Positions 1-13,942 of a DNA stretch of 64,000 bases are shown here, in pieces. The notes below the pieces were generated by a model. The model did not search any database. It had not been told where the DNA came from and saw only the letters and a program-made list of their open reading frames with translations. A program made the translations under genes and the position numbers. Position 1 is the stretch's first letter. Every line of letters starts with the position of its first letter. Source of the stretch: Dendrobates tinctorius (Eukaryota); the NCBI RefSeq assembly GCF_039654945.1, contig NW_027361723.1, positions 3,224,001 to 3,288,000 on the forward strand, written 5' to 3'.

Positions 1-2525
1 TAGGGAGTTTTAGAAAGTGGCATATGTTGATGTTGGACATTCAGCTGATGCAAAAGGCGAAATTGTTCAAGTCCCAGGAAGAGGAGGACCAAAGCGAGCC
101 ATTTTTCTGGCAACCTATGTGTCATCATGGGAAGGTGGGACAAAATCCTTGGAAACCCATGCATGGTTCATTTTAATGAAGGTTAGATCATCCACATTTT
201 GGGTTGACAGACGGGTCCTTTTTTCTGTCAGGATTGATCCAGCTGCACTGAAGACTCTTTCCGATAGCACACATGCAGCTGGGCAAGCGAGCTCCTGTAA
301 GGCATATTGGGCCAATTCAGGCCAGGTGTCCAGTTTAGCGGCCCAATAGTCAAAGGGGAATGACCTGTGCGGGAGAACATCGATATGGGAGGAAAAGTAG
401 TTTGTAACCATAGTTGACAAATGCTGTCGCCTGTCACTTTCCATCGATGCAGTATTACCAGTTGTGTGAGCGGTACTTGAAAAATCAGTCCACAACATTG
501 TCATGAAACCCCTGTCTCCAACGCCACTTCTGCTGTGTGCACCACGAACACCTCTGCCAAGCTTCCCCCGGCCCGTACGGCTCGTGTGAGAACCATCACC
601 GCTGCTGTGTGCTGGGAATGCCTCAACCAACCGGTTTACCAGAGTTGCTTGTTTGTTAGCCAATATTAGATCAAGGTTCTCCTGTGGCATGATGTTTTGT
701 AATTTGCCTTTATAGCGTGGATCCAGGATGCTGGCCAACCAGTAGTCGTCATCGTTCATCATTTTGGCAATGCGGGGGTCCCTTTTTAGGATCTGCAAGG
801 CATAATCTGACATGTGGGCCAATGTTCCCGGTGTCAATGATGCACTGCGAGTGCTGGGTGGAGGAGCACTTTCTTGCAAATCCACATCCCTCCAGTCACG
901 CACAAACCCTGTACCAGACCTTGCCACGCCAACATTTTCACTTGCCCCATGAGATGCATCCTCCTCCCCTAAGTAATCATCCCCATCATCATCCTCCTCC
1001 TCCTCTTCTTCCTCCACCTCGTCCAGGACAGTTCCCTGAGCAGACAATGGCTGAATGTCATCAAGGATTCCCTTCACCTCTTCCTCCTCGTCAACATTGG
1101 CTGCAGACGCCTGCTCCTTAAGGTGCGTCAAAGTTTGCATGAGCAGACGCATAAGTGGGATGCTCATGCTTAGGATGGCGTCGTCTGCGCTTACCAGCCG
1201 TGTGCATTCCTCAAAACACTGAAAGACTTTACAGAGGTCTTTCAGCTTCGACCACTGCACACCTGTCAACTCCATGTCTGCTCTCAAAGTGCCTGGCCGT
1301 GTATCCTCCCACAAAAGCATTATGGCCTGCCTCTGCTCGCACAGCCTCTCAACCATGTGCAGGGTGGAGTTCCACATTGTTGCAATGTCGATAATGAGGC
1401 GGTGGTTGGGAAGGTGGAGCAATCGCTGCAGCTTCTGCATACGAACGGAGTGTACAGGCGACCGGCGGATGTGCGCGCACAGTCTTTGCACCTTCTGGAG
1501 CAGGGCTGTTATCTCCGGATAATTATTGAGGAAGCACTGCACCACCAGGTTCAAGGTGTGAGCCAAGCAAGGTATGTGGCTGAGTTTTGAAAGGACTATG
1601 GCTGCCACAAAATTACGGCCGTTATCACTAACTACCTTGCCTGCCTCAAGATGTACACTGCCCAGCCATGACTCAGTTTGTCGCTTCAAGTACTCGGCCA
1701 GCACCTCCGCGGTGTGTCTGTCGCCCAAACACATCATCTACAACACAGCCTGCTGACGCTTTCCACTAGCTGCTTGATAGGGGGGACACCGCGTGTGCAA
1801 CAGTGGCAGCTGCAGATGGAGTGCTCGTACGACTGCGCTCTGTTGACCAGCTTTCGCTTCTGGAGGAGGAGGAGGAAGAGGAGGAGGGTCGAACGCCTAC
1901 AGCCAACTGTTTCCTATACCGTGGGCTAAGCAGCACAGTCCCACCACCGCTGTCCCCTGTGGACCCTGCATCCACCACATTAACCCAGTGCGCAGTGATG
2001 GACACGTAACGGCCCTGGCAATGGCGACTGGACCATGCATCAGTTGTGAGGTGCACCTTTCCACTCACTGACTGCTTGAGTGCATGGACAATGCGGTCTT
2101 TCACATGATGGTGGAGGGCTGGGATGGCTTTGCGAGAGAACAAGTGGCGACTGGGTAGGTCATAGCGTGGTACTGCATAGGCCACGAGTTCGCGGAAAGC
2201 TGCGCTTTCCACCAACTGATAGGGCATCAGCTCTAACGAGATTAGTTTGGCAATATGGGCGTTCAAACCCAGTGTACGCGGATGAGAGACTGAGTACTTT
2301 CTTGACCTACTCTTAGTGTCTGGGAGGGTGAGCTGGACTTGAGAGCTGCATATGGTGGAAGTAGCGGTGGACAGGGCGGACTGAGAGAGGGTTGATGATG
2401 GTGATGGAGTTGGTGTTCTTTCTGATGGCCTAGAATCAGTCTTTCGTTGATATAACTGTGGGATTCCCTGACTGCTGTGGCCTTGCAACGACACCTCAAC
2501 ATTTGCTGCTGTGCTAACCGGTGGG

Positions 2526-5510
2526 TAGAGTTGAGCGATACCGTCCGATACTTCAAAGTATCGTATCGGATGGTATCGGCCGATCTTTAAAAAAAGTATC
2601 GGTATCGCCGATTCCGATACCGGAAGTCCCATTCAAGTCTATGGGACTTCCGGTATCGGAATAAGAAAAACCCTTTCCTGCCCTTGTACAGCCTCTCTGG
2701 GGTCTGTACGGGCCTTTCGGGGGGCTGTGCCGGCCTGCCAGGGGGTCTGTGCAGGCTCCGGTGGTCTGTGCCGGCCTGCCGGTGGTCTGTGCAGGCTCCG
2801 GGGGGCTGTGCCGGCCTGCCGGGGGGCTGTGCCGGCCTGCCGGGGGGCTGTGCAGGCTCCGGGGGGCTGTGCCGGCCTGCCGGGGGGCTGTGCCGGCCTG
2901 CCGGGGGGCTGTGCCGGCCTGCCGGGGGGCTGTGCCGGCCTGCCGGGGGGCTGTGCAGGCTCCGGGGGGCTGTGCAGGCATCGTCCGATGGGACTACAAG
3001 TCCCATCGGGCGATGCCTGCTACCATGACAGTGATTGACACATTAGCCAATGATGGGACAGTAGTAGTCCCATCATCCGGCTAATGTGTTAAATGTAAAA
3101 AAAAAAAAAAAAATTACATGCTACATACATACAACATGCATACTACATACATGCTACATTCATACTACATACTACATACATGCTACATTCATACTACATA
3201 AATACTACATGCATGCTACATACATACTGCATGCTACATACATACCACATATATACTACATACATACTACATGCATGCTACATGCATGCTACATGCTACA
3301 TACATAACACATATATACTACATGCATGCTACATACATACTACATGCTACATACTACATGCATGCTACATACATACTACATGCTACATACTACATATATA
3401 CTACATGCATGCTACATACATACTACATGCTACATACATACTACATATATACTACATGCATGCTACATACATACTACATGCTACATACTACATGCATGCT
3501 ACATACATACTACATGCTACATACTACATATATACTACATGCATGCTACATACATACTACATGCTACATACATACTACATATATACTACATGCATGCTAC
3601 ATACATACTACATGCTACATATATACTACATGCATGCTACATACTACATGCTACATACATACTACATATATACTACATTCATACTACATACTACATATAT
3701 ACTACATACATACTACATACATACTACATGCATGCTACATGCATACTACATGCATGCTACATGCATGCTACATACATACTACATACATACCACATACATA
3801 CTACATGCATACAATACATTCATACAATACATACATAGACATACAGTACATATAACATAGAGTAACATACTTACCAATACTTGTCACATTGTTCCCCGAA
3901 GCCATTGTCTTTTCCGGGATAAATATTAACATAACAAACCACAAAAATACTCACCCACGATCCGAAGCAGTCCACGAGTGTGTCCCACGACGATCTTGGG
4001 TAGAGAACTGCAGCATCAGATGATGCTGCCGTTCTCTACGGGCTGCAGGAATCCAATGACGGAAGGTAGGTATCCTTCCGCACTGTATTCCTCCGCCACT
4101 TAAAAAAAAAAAAGTCCCTAGTCTCACTTTATGCCATTGCTGTGTGGGAAATTCCCACACAGCAATGGCATAAAGTGAGACTAGGGACTTTTTTTTTTTA
4201 AGTGGCGGAGGAATACAGTGCGGAAGGATACCTACCTTCCGTCATTGGATTCCTGCAGCCCGTAGAGAACGGCAGCATCATCTGATGCTGCAGTTCTCTA
4301 CCCAAGATCGTCGTGGGACACACTCGTGGACTGCTTCGGATCGTGGGTGAGTATTTTTGTGGTTTGTTATGTTAATATTTATCCCGGAAAAGACAATGGC
4401 TTCGGGGAACAATGTGACAAGTATTGGTAAGTATGTTACTCTATGTTATATGTACTGTATGTCTATGTATGTATTGTATGAATGTATTGTATGTATGTAG
4501 TATATATGTGGTATGTATGTAGCATGCAGTATGTATGTGGTATGTATGTAGCATGCATGTAGTATGTATGTAGCATGCATGTAGTATGTATGTAGTATGT
4601 ATGTAGTATGTATGTAGTATGTATGTAGCATGCAGTATGTATGTAGCATGTATGTAGTATATATGTAGTATGTATGTAGCATGCATGTAGTATGTATGTA
4701 GCATGCATGTAGTATGTATGTAGCATGCATGTAGTATGTATGTAGTATGTATGTAGTATGTATGTAGCATGCAGTATGTATGTAGCATGTATGTAGTATG
4801 TATGTAGTATATATGTAGTATGTATGTAGCATGCATGCAGTATGTATGTAGCATGCAGTATGTATGTAGCATGTATGTAGTATGTATGTAGTATATATGT
4901 AGTATGTATGTAGCATGCATGTAGTATGTATGTAGTATGTATGTAGCATGCAGTATGTATGTAGCATGTATGTAGTATGTATGTAGCATGCATGTAGTAT
5001 GTATGTAGCATGCATGTAGTATGTATGTAGTATTTTTTTTTTTTTTTTTTTTTTTAACATTTGACACATTAGCCGGATGATGGGACTACTACTGTCCCAT
5101 CATTGGCTAATGTGTCAATCACTGTCATGGTAGCAGGCATCGCCCGATGGGACTTGTAGTCCCATCGGACGATGCTTGCACAGACCCCCGGACATCAGCA
5201 CAGCCCCCCGGCAGGCCGGCACAGCCCCCCGGCAGGCCGGTACAGACCCCGGGCAGTCCACACAGCCCCCCGGCAGGCCGGCACAGCCCCCCGGCAGGCC
5301 GGCAGAGACCCCCGGAAGGCCCGAAATGACGGCGCATCATGATGCGCACACACCGCGCATCATGATGACGTCAGGCCGTCAATCAACTGAACTTCCGATT
5401 CCGATGCCGAATTCCGATATTGAAAAAATATCGGAAGTCGGTATCGGAATTCCGATACAGCAAGTATCGGCCGATACCCGATACTTGCGGTATCGGAATG
5501 CTCAACACTA
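2526..5510. mobile_element. Non-autonomous hAT element (MITE) with a giant internal palindrome
   Basis: TIRs TAGAGTTGAGC (2526) and GCTCAACACTA (ends 5510); perfect 8-bp TSD ccggtggg at 2518-2525 and 5511-5518; subterminal ccgatac/gtatcgg repeats. Confidence 0.93.
2700..5320. repeat. Long inverted repeat centred on 4151, with mirrored GC-rich ~21-bp minisatellite and TACA/TAC-type microsatellite in both arms
   Basis: Centre gtgtgggaa-a-ttcccacac; 3808-4150 is the near-perfect reverse complement of 4152-4493; microsatellite 3115-3830 mirrors 4470-5030; GC repeat 2720-2980 mirrors 5180-5320. Confidence 0.95.
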
Positions 5511-7278
5511 CCGGTGGGCTTACAGTGGGGGAAACAATGTAGCGTTGCTGACTACCTTCTTTGTGATCAGTTGCACATGTGGTACTTGAGGTTTGGTGTT
5601 GTGTCCACGCTTGCAAATGCATGCTGGTTAAATGTCTAAGCATGCAACTGGTATTCAAATTTTTCAGATTTTTCAGACTAAAGGTCTTTGCGCACTTCTT
5701 ACAGATAACCTTGGCCTGATCATGAGGATTTTGTTCAAAAAAGTGCCACACTGCACTCTTCCTACTTTGGCAGACATTTTGCGGCCTAGCACGCTGTGAT
5801 ATTTTGACCGTCTGGACAAGCTGTCCAGCAACTCTTTTGATTTTTGGAACGTGTCTTTGGAGTGCTCCGGGCCTGCCAGATAACAGCTGTTGCGATGTCG
5901 ATGTCTGCTGTGGATGCTCCTCCTCCTCATCTGAGCTATTGGAAGCAGCACCCTCTTCCCCCAATGGATGTCCTCGACTTATCCTTACAGAGCGACACAC
6001 AGATAGCTTCACTGTGGCCGTGATAACAGTCGTTACACGGTACTGAGAGAGAGCGTGCACGTACACGGCTGTCCGGTGTACGTAAAATTGCCAAGCTCCG
6101 TGTTTTTTAAGTATACGGACTGACACACGCTGTCTCTCTATAGTTTTGAATGTGATCAAACAGCAAATATATTTAACTGTTTGAAAGCTAGACAAAACTA
6201 GAAGGCGCAGGTCTGTAAGAACGCAACATGTCCTCGACTTATCCTTACAGAGTGACACACAGATGGCTTCACTGTGGCTGTGATAACAGCCGTTACACGG
6301 TACTGTCTGAGGAGTGTGCACCGCTGTATGGTGTGAAAAAATGCACGCTCAGTACCTCACCAGGACAAAAAAAAAAAATTGGGATTGCTTTTAAAAAAGC
6401 AGTTTGCAGAGCAGTGGGTAAACAGCAATGCAGCCGTGAGGAAGCCTTAGAAGGCAGCCTAACAACCAACACCACTGATCCAGCAAAATATAGCCTCCAC
6501 TTGCACTGCACACACAGTGACTGGTGTGTTGTACAGGCAAAATCGCTAGCAGCAGAAGCAGTTTTTGGTGTCTTCTTCCCTGCCTAACGCTCTCCCTATA
6601 AAATCATCAGCAGCAGCAGCTCTCCCTATTCTGAGATCAGCATGAGTAACATGGCGGTCGGCGTGCACGCCCTTTTATACCCCCTGTGACGCCCCACAAA
6701 GCAAGCCAATCACTTGCATGCCCTTCTCAAAGATGGTGGTGACCCCTGCCTATGTCATCATGTTGCCCACAGTGTCCGTGGATCCTGATTGGCTGAAAAA
6801 GAGAGCAAAACAAACTTTTGAAAAGCGACTTTGGCGCTTAAGTCGCCGAGCTCGTGGCCGACCTCATCCTAGGGTCTGGTTTCGTTTCATGAAACCCGAC
6901 TTTGCCAAAAGTCGGCGACTTTTGAAATTTTTTGACCCGTTTCGCTCAACTCTAGTCAGGAGGGATCCCAGCGCCAGGATGGTGGCGGCAGAGCTGGCCT
7001 TGACGCTGGCGCCGCCGTTACACAGGTCGGTGGTGCAGCAGGAGGTGGAAGTAGAAGCCCCGGAAATACCGCTGCTGCACGGAGTGCAAGACAATGCACA
7101 CGACTTAGTGATGGAAGTAACCAAGATCGCACCTACAGCGGAGAAAAGCAAATCTGATGAGCTGACCGGGATGGGAAGGGTTAAAAGCTGCTCGCAACAA
7201 GAATGTGGTTTATCCTCAGTACAAGTCACCGGCAGAAGGCTGCGTGCGGTACCTGGCACCGGTGTACACAGAGGACTA

Positions 7279-8671
7279 TGTTGTTCCTATCTTCAAAAAG
7301 GGGAAGAAGGTGGACCCAGGCAACTATAGGCCGGTGAGTCTGACTTCTATACCAGGAAAGATCTTTGAACAAATTATTAAACAACATGTATGTCAATACC
7401 TGGATAAGAATGAAGTGATTAAACAGAGTCAGCATGGGTTTCTAACTAATAAGTCATGTCAGACTAACTTAATTTCCTTCTATGACGGTATCACTGATTG
7501 GGTGGATCAAGGAAATGCTGTAGATATAGTATATCTTGACTTCAGCAAAGCATTTGACAAAGTCTCTCATACAATCCTTATTGAAAAAATGATTAAGTAT
7601 GGAATGGACAAGGCAACTGTTAGGTGGATTCATAACTGGCTTAGTGATCGGACCCAAAGAGTGGTCGTAAATGGCTGCACATCCAGTTGGAAGAATGTCT
7701 CAAGTGGGGTACCACAGGGCTCTGTCCTGGGCCCTGTATTGTTCAACATCTTTATCAACGATTTAGATGAAGGAATTGAGGGTAAACTGATTAAATTTGC
7801 TGATGACACAAAGCTAGGAGGGATAGCTAATACTAGAGAAGAGAGAGAGAGGATTCAAAAAGATTTAAATAAACTGGAGAAGTGGGCAGCAACTAACAGA
7901 ATGGTTTTTAACAGGGAGAAATGCAAAGTACTACATCTGGGCAATAAAAATGGAAAAAGCATATATAGAATGGGAGGAATAGGGCTAAGTGACAGCACAT
8001 GTGAAAAAGACTTGGGTATACTAATAGATCACAGACTGAATATGAGTCAACAGTGTGATGCAGCAGCAAAAAAGGCAAATGCAATTCTAGGATGTATTAA
8101 CAGAAGCATACAGTCTAGATCACGTGAAGTCATTATTTCCCTCTACTCCTCTTTGGTCAGACCTCATCTGGAATATTGTGTCCAGTTTTGGGCACCACAT
8201 TTTAAAAAAGACATCAACAAACTGGAGCAAGTTCAGAAAAGAGCGACCAGAATGGTGACCGGTCTGCAAACCCTGTCTTATGAGGAAAGGTTGCAGGATT
8301 TGGGAATGTTTAGTTTGCAAAAGAGAAGACTGAGAGGAGACTTAATAGCTGTCTACAAATATCTAAAGGGCTGTCACATTGTAGAAGGATCAACTTTATT
8401 CTCATTTGCACAAGGAAAGACTAGAAGCAATGGGATGAAACTGAATGGGAAGAGACACAGATTAGATATTAGAAAAAACTTTTTGACAGAGTGATCAATG
8501 AGTGGAACAGGCTGCCACGAGAAGTGGTGAGTTCTCCTTCAATGGAAGTCTTCAAACAGAGGCTGGACAGACATCTGACTGGGATGATTTAGCGAATCCT
8601 GCTTTGAGCAGGGGGTTGGACCAGATGGCCCAGGAGGTCCCTTCCAACTCTACGATTCTATGATTCTATGA
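7279..8671 (+). mobile_element. CR1 LINE, 5'-truncated (RT C-terminal half)
   Basis: YRPVSLTS, YLDFSKAFDKV, GVPQGSVLGP and KFADDTKL motifs; 3' tail (ATTCTATG)n at ~8655-8671; nearly identical to the copy at 53968-56342. Confidence 0.95.
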
Positions 8672-9454
8672 CTAGGGGGCAACCTCTACCTCTAGGAGAA
8701 AGAAGCTTTCATCATCACAGATGAGATTCTTTATTGCACCAGCAATGTGACTATGGATTCCTTACTGTACAAGCAAAGACACGATGGATTCTTCACTGTA
8801 TGAACAGGAACTCTGCTGATTATTTACTGTACAAGCAGTGAGCCTCTGGATTCTTTACTGTAAGAGCAGGGTGACTGTAGACGTTTCTGCTGTAACATAT
8901 TATAACCAGGTGATATAAAATGGTTACACATGTACAGTCAGTGTAGACCGGTGCTGGCTGGAGCTGAATGTACGGGACTACGACCAGAAAACCAAAATGC
9001 TGAGCTCACCGACTCCGGCTGATGCCTCCACCGTCCGACAATATGTTTCTCCATTCGTGCAGTTTGCTGCAGTCTGACAATTGGAGCTGGAACTTGCTGC
9101 TGTGCAGACGTAGCATTTCAGAGAGTAAGGCTACTTTCACACATCAGGTTTTCGGCGTCAGGTGCGATCCGGAACGCCGGATCCGGCAAATGTTTCATCA
9201 AACCGGATGTGACGGATCCGGTTTTCTGGCGGATCCGTCTTTTTCTGGACAGACAAAACCGGATCCGTCTCATCCGGTTTTCTATCCGTTTTTCGACGGA
9301 TTACGCCGGATCCGGTTTTTAAAATGGACCCTTGTGGCCTTCCGAACGGGATTGGCTACTGGAAAACTATATATAGCATGTTCCTACAGCCCTTCTTTGA
9401 CAGGTTGGAGAGGAGAAAGTGCAGGTTGGAGAGAAGAGCAAGTTACTGGCGAAG

Positions 9455-10837
9455 ATGGATGTTGTCATTGGAAATATTTTGAAGAATTTGGCGGATTTTA
9501 CAGCGGAGGCAAATCGTTTGAGGGCGATTGTTCTGGAGAAGGAGAGAGCGAGACAGCAGCGCATCAGGCATCGTAGACGACGTTTGTGGATCCACCCCAT
9601 CACAGCCAAGAGAATGACGCGTGGGGTCTATTCTACACTCTGCATGGACCTTCGACGAAACCCGGATAAATTTTTTGGATATGTTAGGATGAAAATGGAG
9701 AATTTTGATTACTTGGTGGAGCGCATTGCACACCTCATAAGAAAAGCGGACACCTATTGCCGCTTCTCTGTTTCACCCGCAGAGCGTCTGATGGTGATTT
9801 TAAGGTAAGCCACATTTATTGGATATGATCGCATCAGAGCACACTTTCACTGCAATCGTGTTGGTGGTAGTTTGTATCTCCAAGTGTTATAGCTCAGTTT
9901 TGGTATGTAATGCTGTGATTTAAAACTAATTTATTGTTTTTTAATTCCCCACAGATTTCTTGCAACTGGAGAATCCCTTTCGTCACTGCATTTCCAATAC
10001 AGACTCGGGATTTCCACCATATCTGGAATTGTGAAGTACACATGCCGTGCACTGTGGGACTCCTTAGCTGAAGAGTTTTTACCAGAGCCCACAACAGAGA
10101 GGTGGATTGAAATTGCTGACAAGTTTCAACAGATATGTCAGTTTCCAAACTGCTTGGGCGCTGTGGACGGGAAACATATCCGCATTGTAAAGCCAGCTGG
10201 ATCGGGATCGGAATATTTCAATAACAAGAAATAATTTTCAATTGTCCTCATGGCCATCGCTGACGCGGAATACAAATTTATTGCGGTTGATATTGGGGCC
10301 TATGGCCGCTCCAATGACTCTCAAGTTTTCAAACTGTCTGCCATGGGGCGTAAACTGTATGGAAACACCTTCCAGTTCCCACCACCTAGACCGCTGCCGC
10401 AAACATCTGGTCCACCTATGCCATTTGTCTGTGTAGGGGATGAAGCCTTCCAGCTGTCAGAACACCTTTTGAAACCGTACTCTAGCAGAGGATTGACAAG
10501 ACCAAAACGCATTTTTAATTACCGCCTCACAAGAGCAAGAAGAATGGTTGAATGTACCTTTGGTATTCTGACAGCCAAATGGCGGGTCCTATTGACTGCG
10601 ATCAACCTCAAGACAGAAACTGTGGACGAGGTGATCAAAGCGTGCGTGGTACTCCACAATTTTGTTATCTGCAAGGAACCCATTTCCATTGAGGACACCT
10701 CTGAAGAAACCACCTTGCAAGATTACCATGACATTACCACTAGAAGTTCTGTGACGGTTTCAGTAATGAGGGACAATTTTGCACTATACTTTATGTCACC
10801 TCAAGGCAGAGTACACTGGCAGGATGACAGAGTGTGA
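9455..10837 (+). pseudogene. Harbinger (HARBI1-like) DDE transposase; exons ~9455-9804 and 9955-10837; one nonsense codon at 10232-10234
   Basis: GT-AG intron 9805-9954 joins L-R|F-L-A-T-G; motifs FPNCLGAVDGKH, GDEAF and FNYRLTRARRMVECTFG; TAA where Tyr is expected (KK*FSIV). The start codon is uncertain. Confidence 0.9.
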
Positions 10838-11316
10838 AAGATTTGTGCCCTAACCAAACTTGTGTACCTTCTGTACCAACAGTATATACCTTTGCCAACC
10901 AAAGTTGGCTATCTTGTCATGGTCTCTATTTTTAGCTTTAGGCCACAGGTGTGTACCTGGTTGTGTTTTATGCAAAGTATTTCACCTTTTAACAAAAGTT
11001 GTGTACATTGTTAGGAAATCACCAACAATAAACACAACTTTTTAGGTGAAATACTTTGCTTCAAACACAACCAGGAACACAACTGTGGCAAAAAGCTAAA
11101 ATTTACCCACAGTTATATACCTAGTTTTGAATACCATTTCACCTTTTAAATACCCTGTATTTAACCTTTTTCGCCGCAGAAAGAAATGACAGACAACCAG
11201 TGTAAAATAATTTATCTTTTATTGAAAAATGTTTTTTTTAGTAAACTTGTTTAATAAAACTTTGAAACTATAAAACTGAAACCATAAAACTGGTCATTTT
11301 TATTTAAATACACACA

Positions 11317-13942
11317 TTATAATTCTGTGTAGTGTGTGGTGGAAATACTGCTGTAGGGGCTGCGGGACACTTCGACACTGGGAGTGTGGAGAGAGGACTG
11401 GGATCGTGGTGGGGAAGGAACAGTTAGAGGTGAAGGTGTGGAAAAAACTACAGAATGGGTGGACATGTGGGAAGCAGAAGAGGTGGTGGGTGGTGGAGTG
11501 GAGGGTTGGGCAGGGACTGTAGGAGCAGATGATGTTGATGGCAAGTTGTATGGGGAAGGAGTTTGGTACGGGGCAGGTTGCTGGAAGTGGGGAGATGTCT
11601 GGTATGGGGCAGGTTGCTGGAAGTGGGGAGATGTCTGGTACGGGGCAGGTTGCTGGAAGTGGGGAGATGTCTGGTACTGGGGAGTTTGCTGGTGCTGGGG
11701 ATGTGGATGGTGCTGGGGAGGTGGATGGTATGTAATAGGAGGGGGAGGATGGAAAGTGGCTGGAGGGGGTGTAGATGTAATAGGAGGGGGAGGATGGAAA
11801 GTGGCTGGAGGGGGTGCAGGTGGAGGAACTACTGTGGTGGGAGGAGGAGGAGGTTGGGAGGTAACTTGCTGGAGAGCAGCGTGGCATGAATGCATTACAT
11901 GCATCTGCTGGGCAGGAGAGAGCGTTTCCATGCGCTCCACAACAGACCTGAAAAAGGTGTGGTTTGGCGAAGATCTTGCTTCTGAATGCATGGTTTGCAG
12001 AAGTGTCTTCACCTCCAGAATGCTGGAGTTGATCTGCTGATAGCCTGCGGAGATTTGCTTTGACAAGACTTTTAGACAGTTCTGGAAAGATGCATTCAGA
12101 TGCAAGAACTCTGGCGCATAAGTCTTTTCCTGACCCCTCTGCCGCTGCCGCCCAGTACCCGCAGGTGTACTAGAGGTGGCAGGGGCAGAAGGGTGGGGTA
12201 AAGGGAAAGCGATCTCCTCACCAGCAGCTTCATGTAATGTAGGCGGCCACGATGCTCCTGTGCTGGTGGATGGGACAGATGGGTCGAATGTGTGGGAAGG
12301 CTGGGAAGGTGCAGATGTACCGGGGCGGACGAAGTGTCCCTCGGTGCCGGTCTCCTCAGGGATCGCCTCAGAAGGGTCCAATCGTGCCGGCTCCCGAGTG
12401 CTGCTCACCGTGCTGTGGAATAAAGAGAAAAAAAACAATTAAAATACTGACATGGTATGGCCCTGGCTGAAAAAAAAATTTACATATAACATTTTTTTTC
12501 ACATGTGGTGTGTAATATTTACCTTCTGGTGACCATTGTATCCCGGAGGAACGACAGGGCTTCTGCGTACTTGTACTTGCTCCTGCGTCCTCCAGATCCA
12601 CTCGGGGCCCGCATCTCTTTATTGAACTCCTTCTTGAAACGATCTCTCACAGACCGCCACCGATTCACAATTCTGTTCCCTGAAACGAGAAAGGAGTGGT
12701 TAGTATACAACATCAGTGTTTCCCAAACTCCAGTCCTCATGGTCCCCAGGGGTCATGTTTTCAGGATTTCTATAGTAAATAGAAATCCTGAACACATGAT
12801 CCGTGGGGACCACGAGGACTGGAGTTCGGGAAACACTGGTTTACATCAAGCAACCGGTACTGTATATACTTACGCTCTTTAATCTGGGCCCGAGCTTCGA
12901 GGTCCTCCCAGCGGCCAACAAGGAGCGAACAGATTTCCTCCCAGAGTCGTCGGGTAACGATCAGGTCAGCGTGGCGGCGGTCAGCCATATTCCAGAGCGG
13001 CTCCCTTTCTCTGACGAGATCGATGAGGCGGTCCACATCAATCCCTCCATCCTCACCGTCAGAGTCGGGAGCACGCTGTGAAGGCTGTTAAAGAAAAAGA
13101 CAAAAATAACATAATTAGCCCCAAAAGAAATGAAATAAAAAGTGCAAAAAAACAAAGCAAAAATATTTATACTTACACGCTAGTGACCGCCGCGTTGCTG
13201 TCGCCGACGACCCTGGGAGGCACTGCGAGGACCTCTTGGCCAAGCACCAGATTGGGAAGACTAGAGAAGAAAACAAAAAATGTTATGTCTTTGGATGTAG
13301 GCATTTGTTTGCTGTGTGTGGTCTGCAGAACATTGTTTTCTATGTGTTGTGTGTAGTGTGATGTTGTGTTTCTGCGTTTGATGCAAAAAACTTACCAATT
13401 GTGAGCCCACTCCAGGTGTCTGTCCACCCCTTCCTTCTTCTGGGAGCTCCTCTTCATCTTGTGATTCCTGTTTTGAAATAAAAGGCAATGAATAGACATA
13501 TATTACAGAGATGATGGATTTTGGAAATAAAAACTTACCGTCAAACGCTGACGATGCGAGGGAGGGCTCCCAGAAGATGATGTGCTGTCTTCCTGGTGGC
13601 CACACTCCATGCCTGTGGGTGGTGTTCCAGCTGCTGCCATTGCTGCTGCTGCTGCTGCATCTATTGGGCGGCTGTTGAATAAAGAGAAACAAAGGGCCAA
13701 TGAATATCTTGATATTAAATAGCCCTAGTTTGGAGGAATGGGTTATTTGATAATTACCGTCTCTCATCTGCTGCTGGCCTCCCCTCCTCAGCATGTTCTA
13801 TTTGCTGCTCCATTTGGGGTGGTGGTGGTGCGGATGTTGCTGCAGTGGTCTCCTGCCTTATCCTGCGCCTGGTTGCTGTCTTGGGTGGCATGTTGGGTGT
13901 GGCTGTGGGTCCCACTGTCTTGTGGGCAGAGCTACTGAGCAT
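11317..13942 (-). pseudogene. Harbinger Myb/SANT(MADF)-like DNA-binding protein; 7 exons (13942-13758, 13671-13539, 13467-13396, 13260-13177, 13084-12874, 12679-12523, 12412-11317); one in-frame TAG at 13180-13182
   Basis: All six introns are GT-AG. Summed exon length is 1938 nt (646 codons) and stays in frame. MADF-like LIDLVREREPLWN..LWEEI..RWRSVRDRFKKE..YKYAEALSFL motif; Pro/Gln-rich tail with 36-bp repeats. Confidence 0.82.

Larger units (their letters stand above)
115..5960 (-). pseudogene. hAT-superfamily transposase, decayed (BED zinc finger ~5600-5770, catalytic core, C-terminal dimerisation domain); split by a MITE at 2526-5510
   Basis: Motifs SAVWHFF..VICKKC..MLRHLTSMH (BED finger, ORF 5383..6321), VHLTTDAWSS (ORF 1766..2632), VSDNGRN, HIPCLAHTLNL, WNSTLHM and ACPAACVLSERVFSAAG (ORF 115..1737). 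There is a frameshift near 1785 and a stop at 1738-1740. The 5' limit is approximate. Confidence 0.9.
1..6954 (-). mobile_element. hAT DNA transposon 1 (other end lies left of the window)
   Basis: Terminus cgctcaactcta ends at 6954 (TAGAGTTGAGCG on the minus strand), upstream of the transposase. It abuts and truncates the Ly6 last exon. Confidence 0.8.

Noticed and set aside
2553-3084. Overlapping Pro/Gly/Ala-rich ORFs
   Set aside because: They come from the GC-rich 21-bp minisatellite.
3086-5069. Long ORFs of YIHTTC/MLHT repeats on both strands
   Set aside because: They are translations of a stop-poor TACA/TAC microsatellite inside the MITE.
5968-6305. ~78-bp direct repeat in the hAT 1 5' region
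   Set aside because: A small internal duplication with no evidence of separate function.
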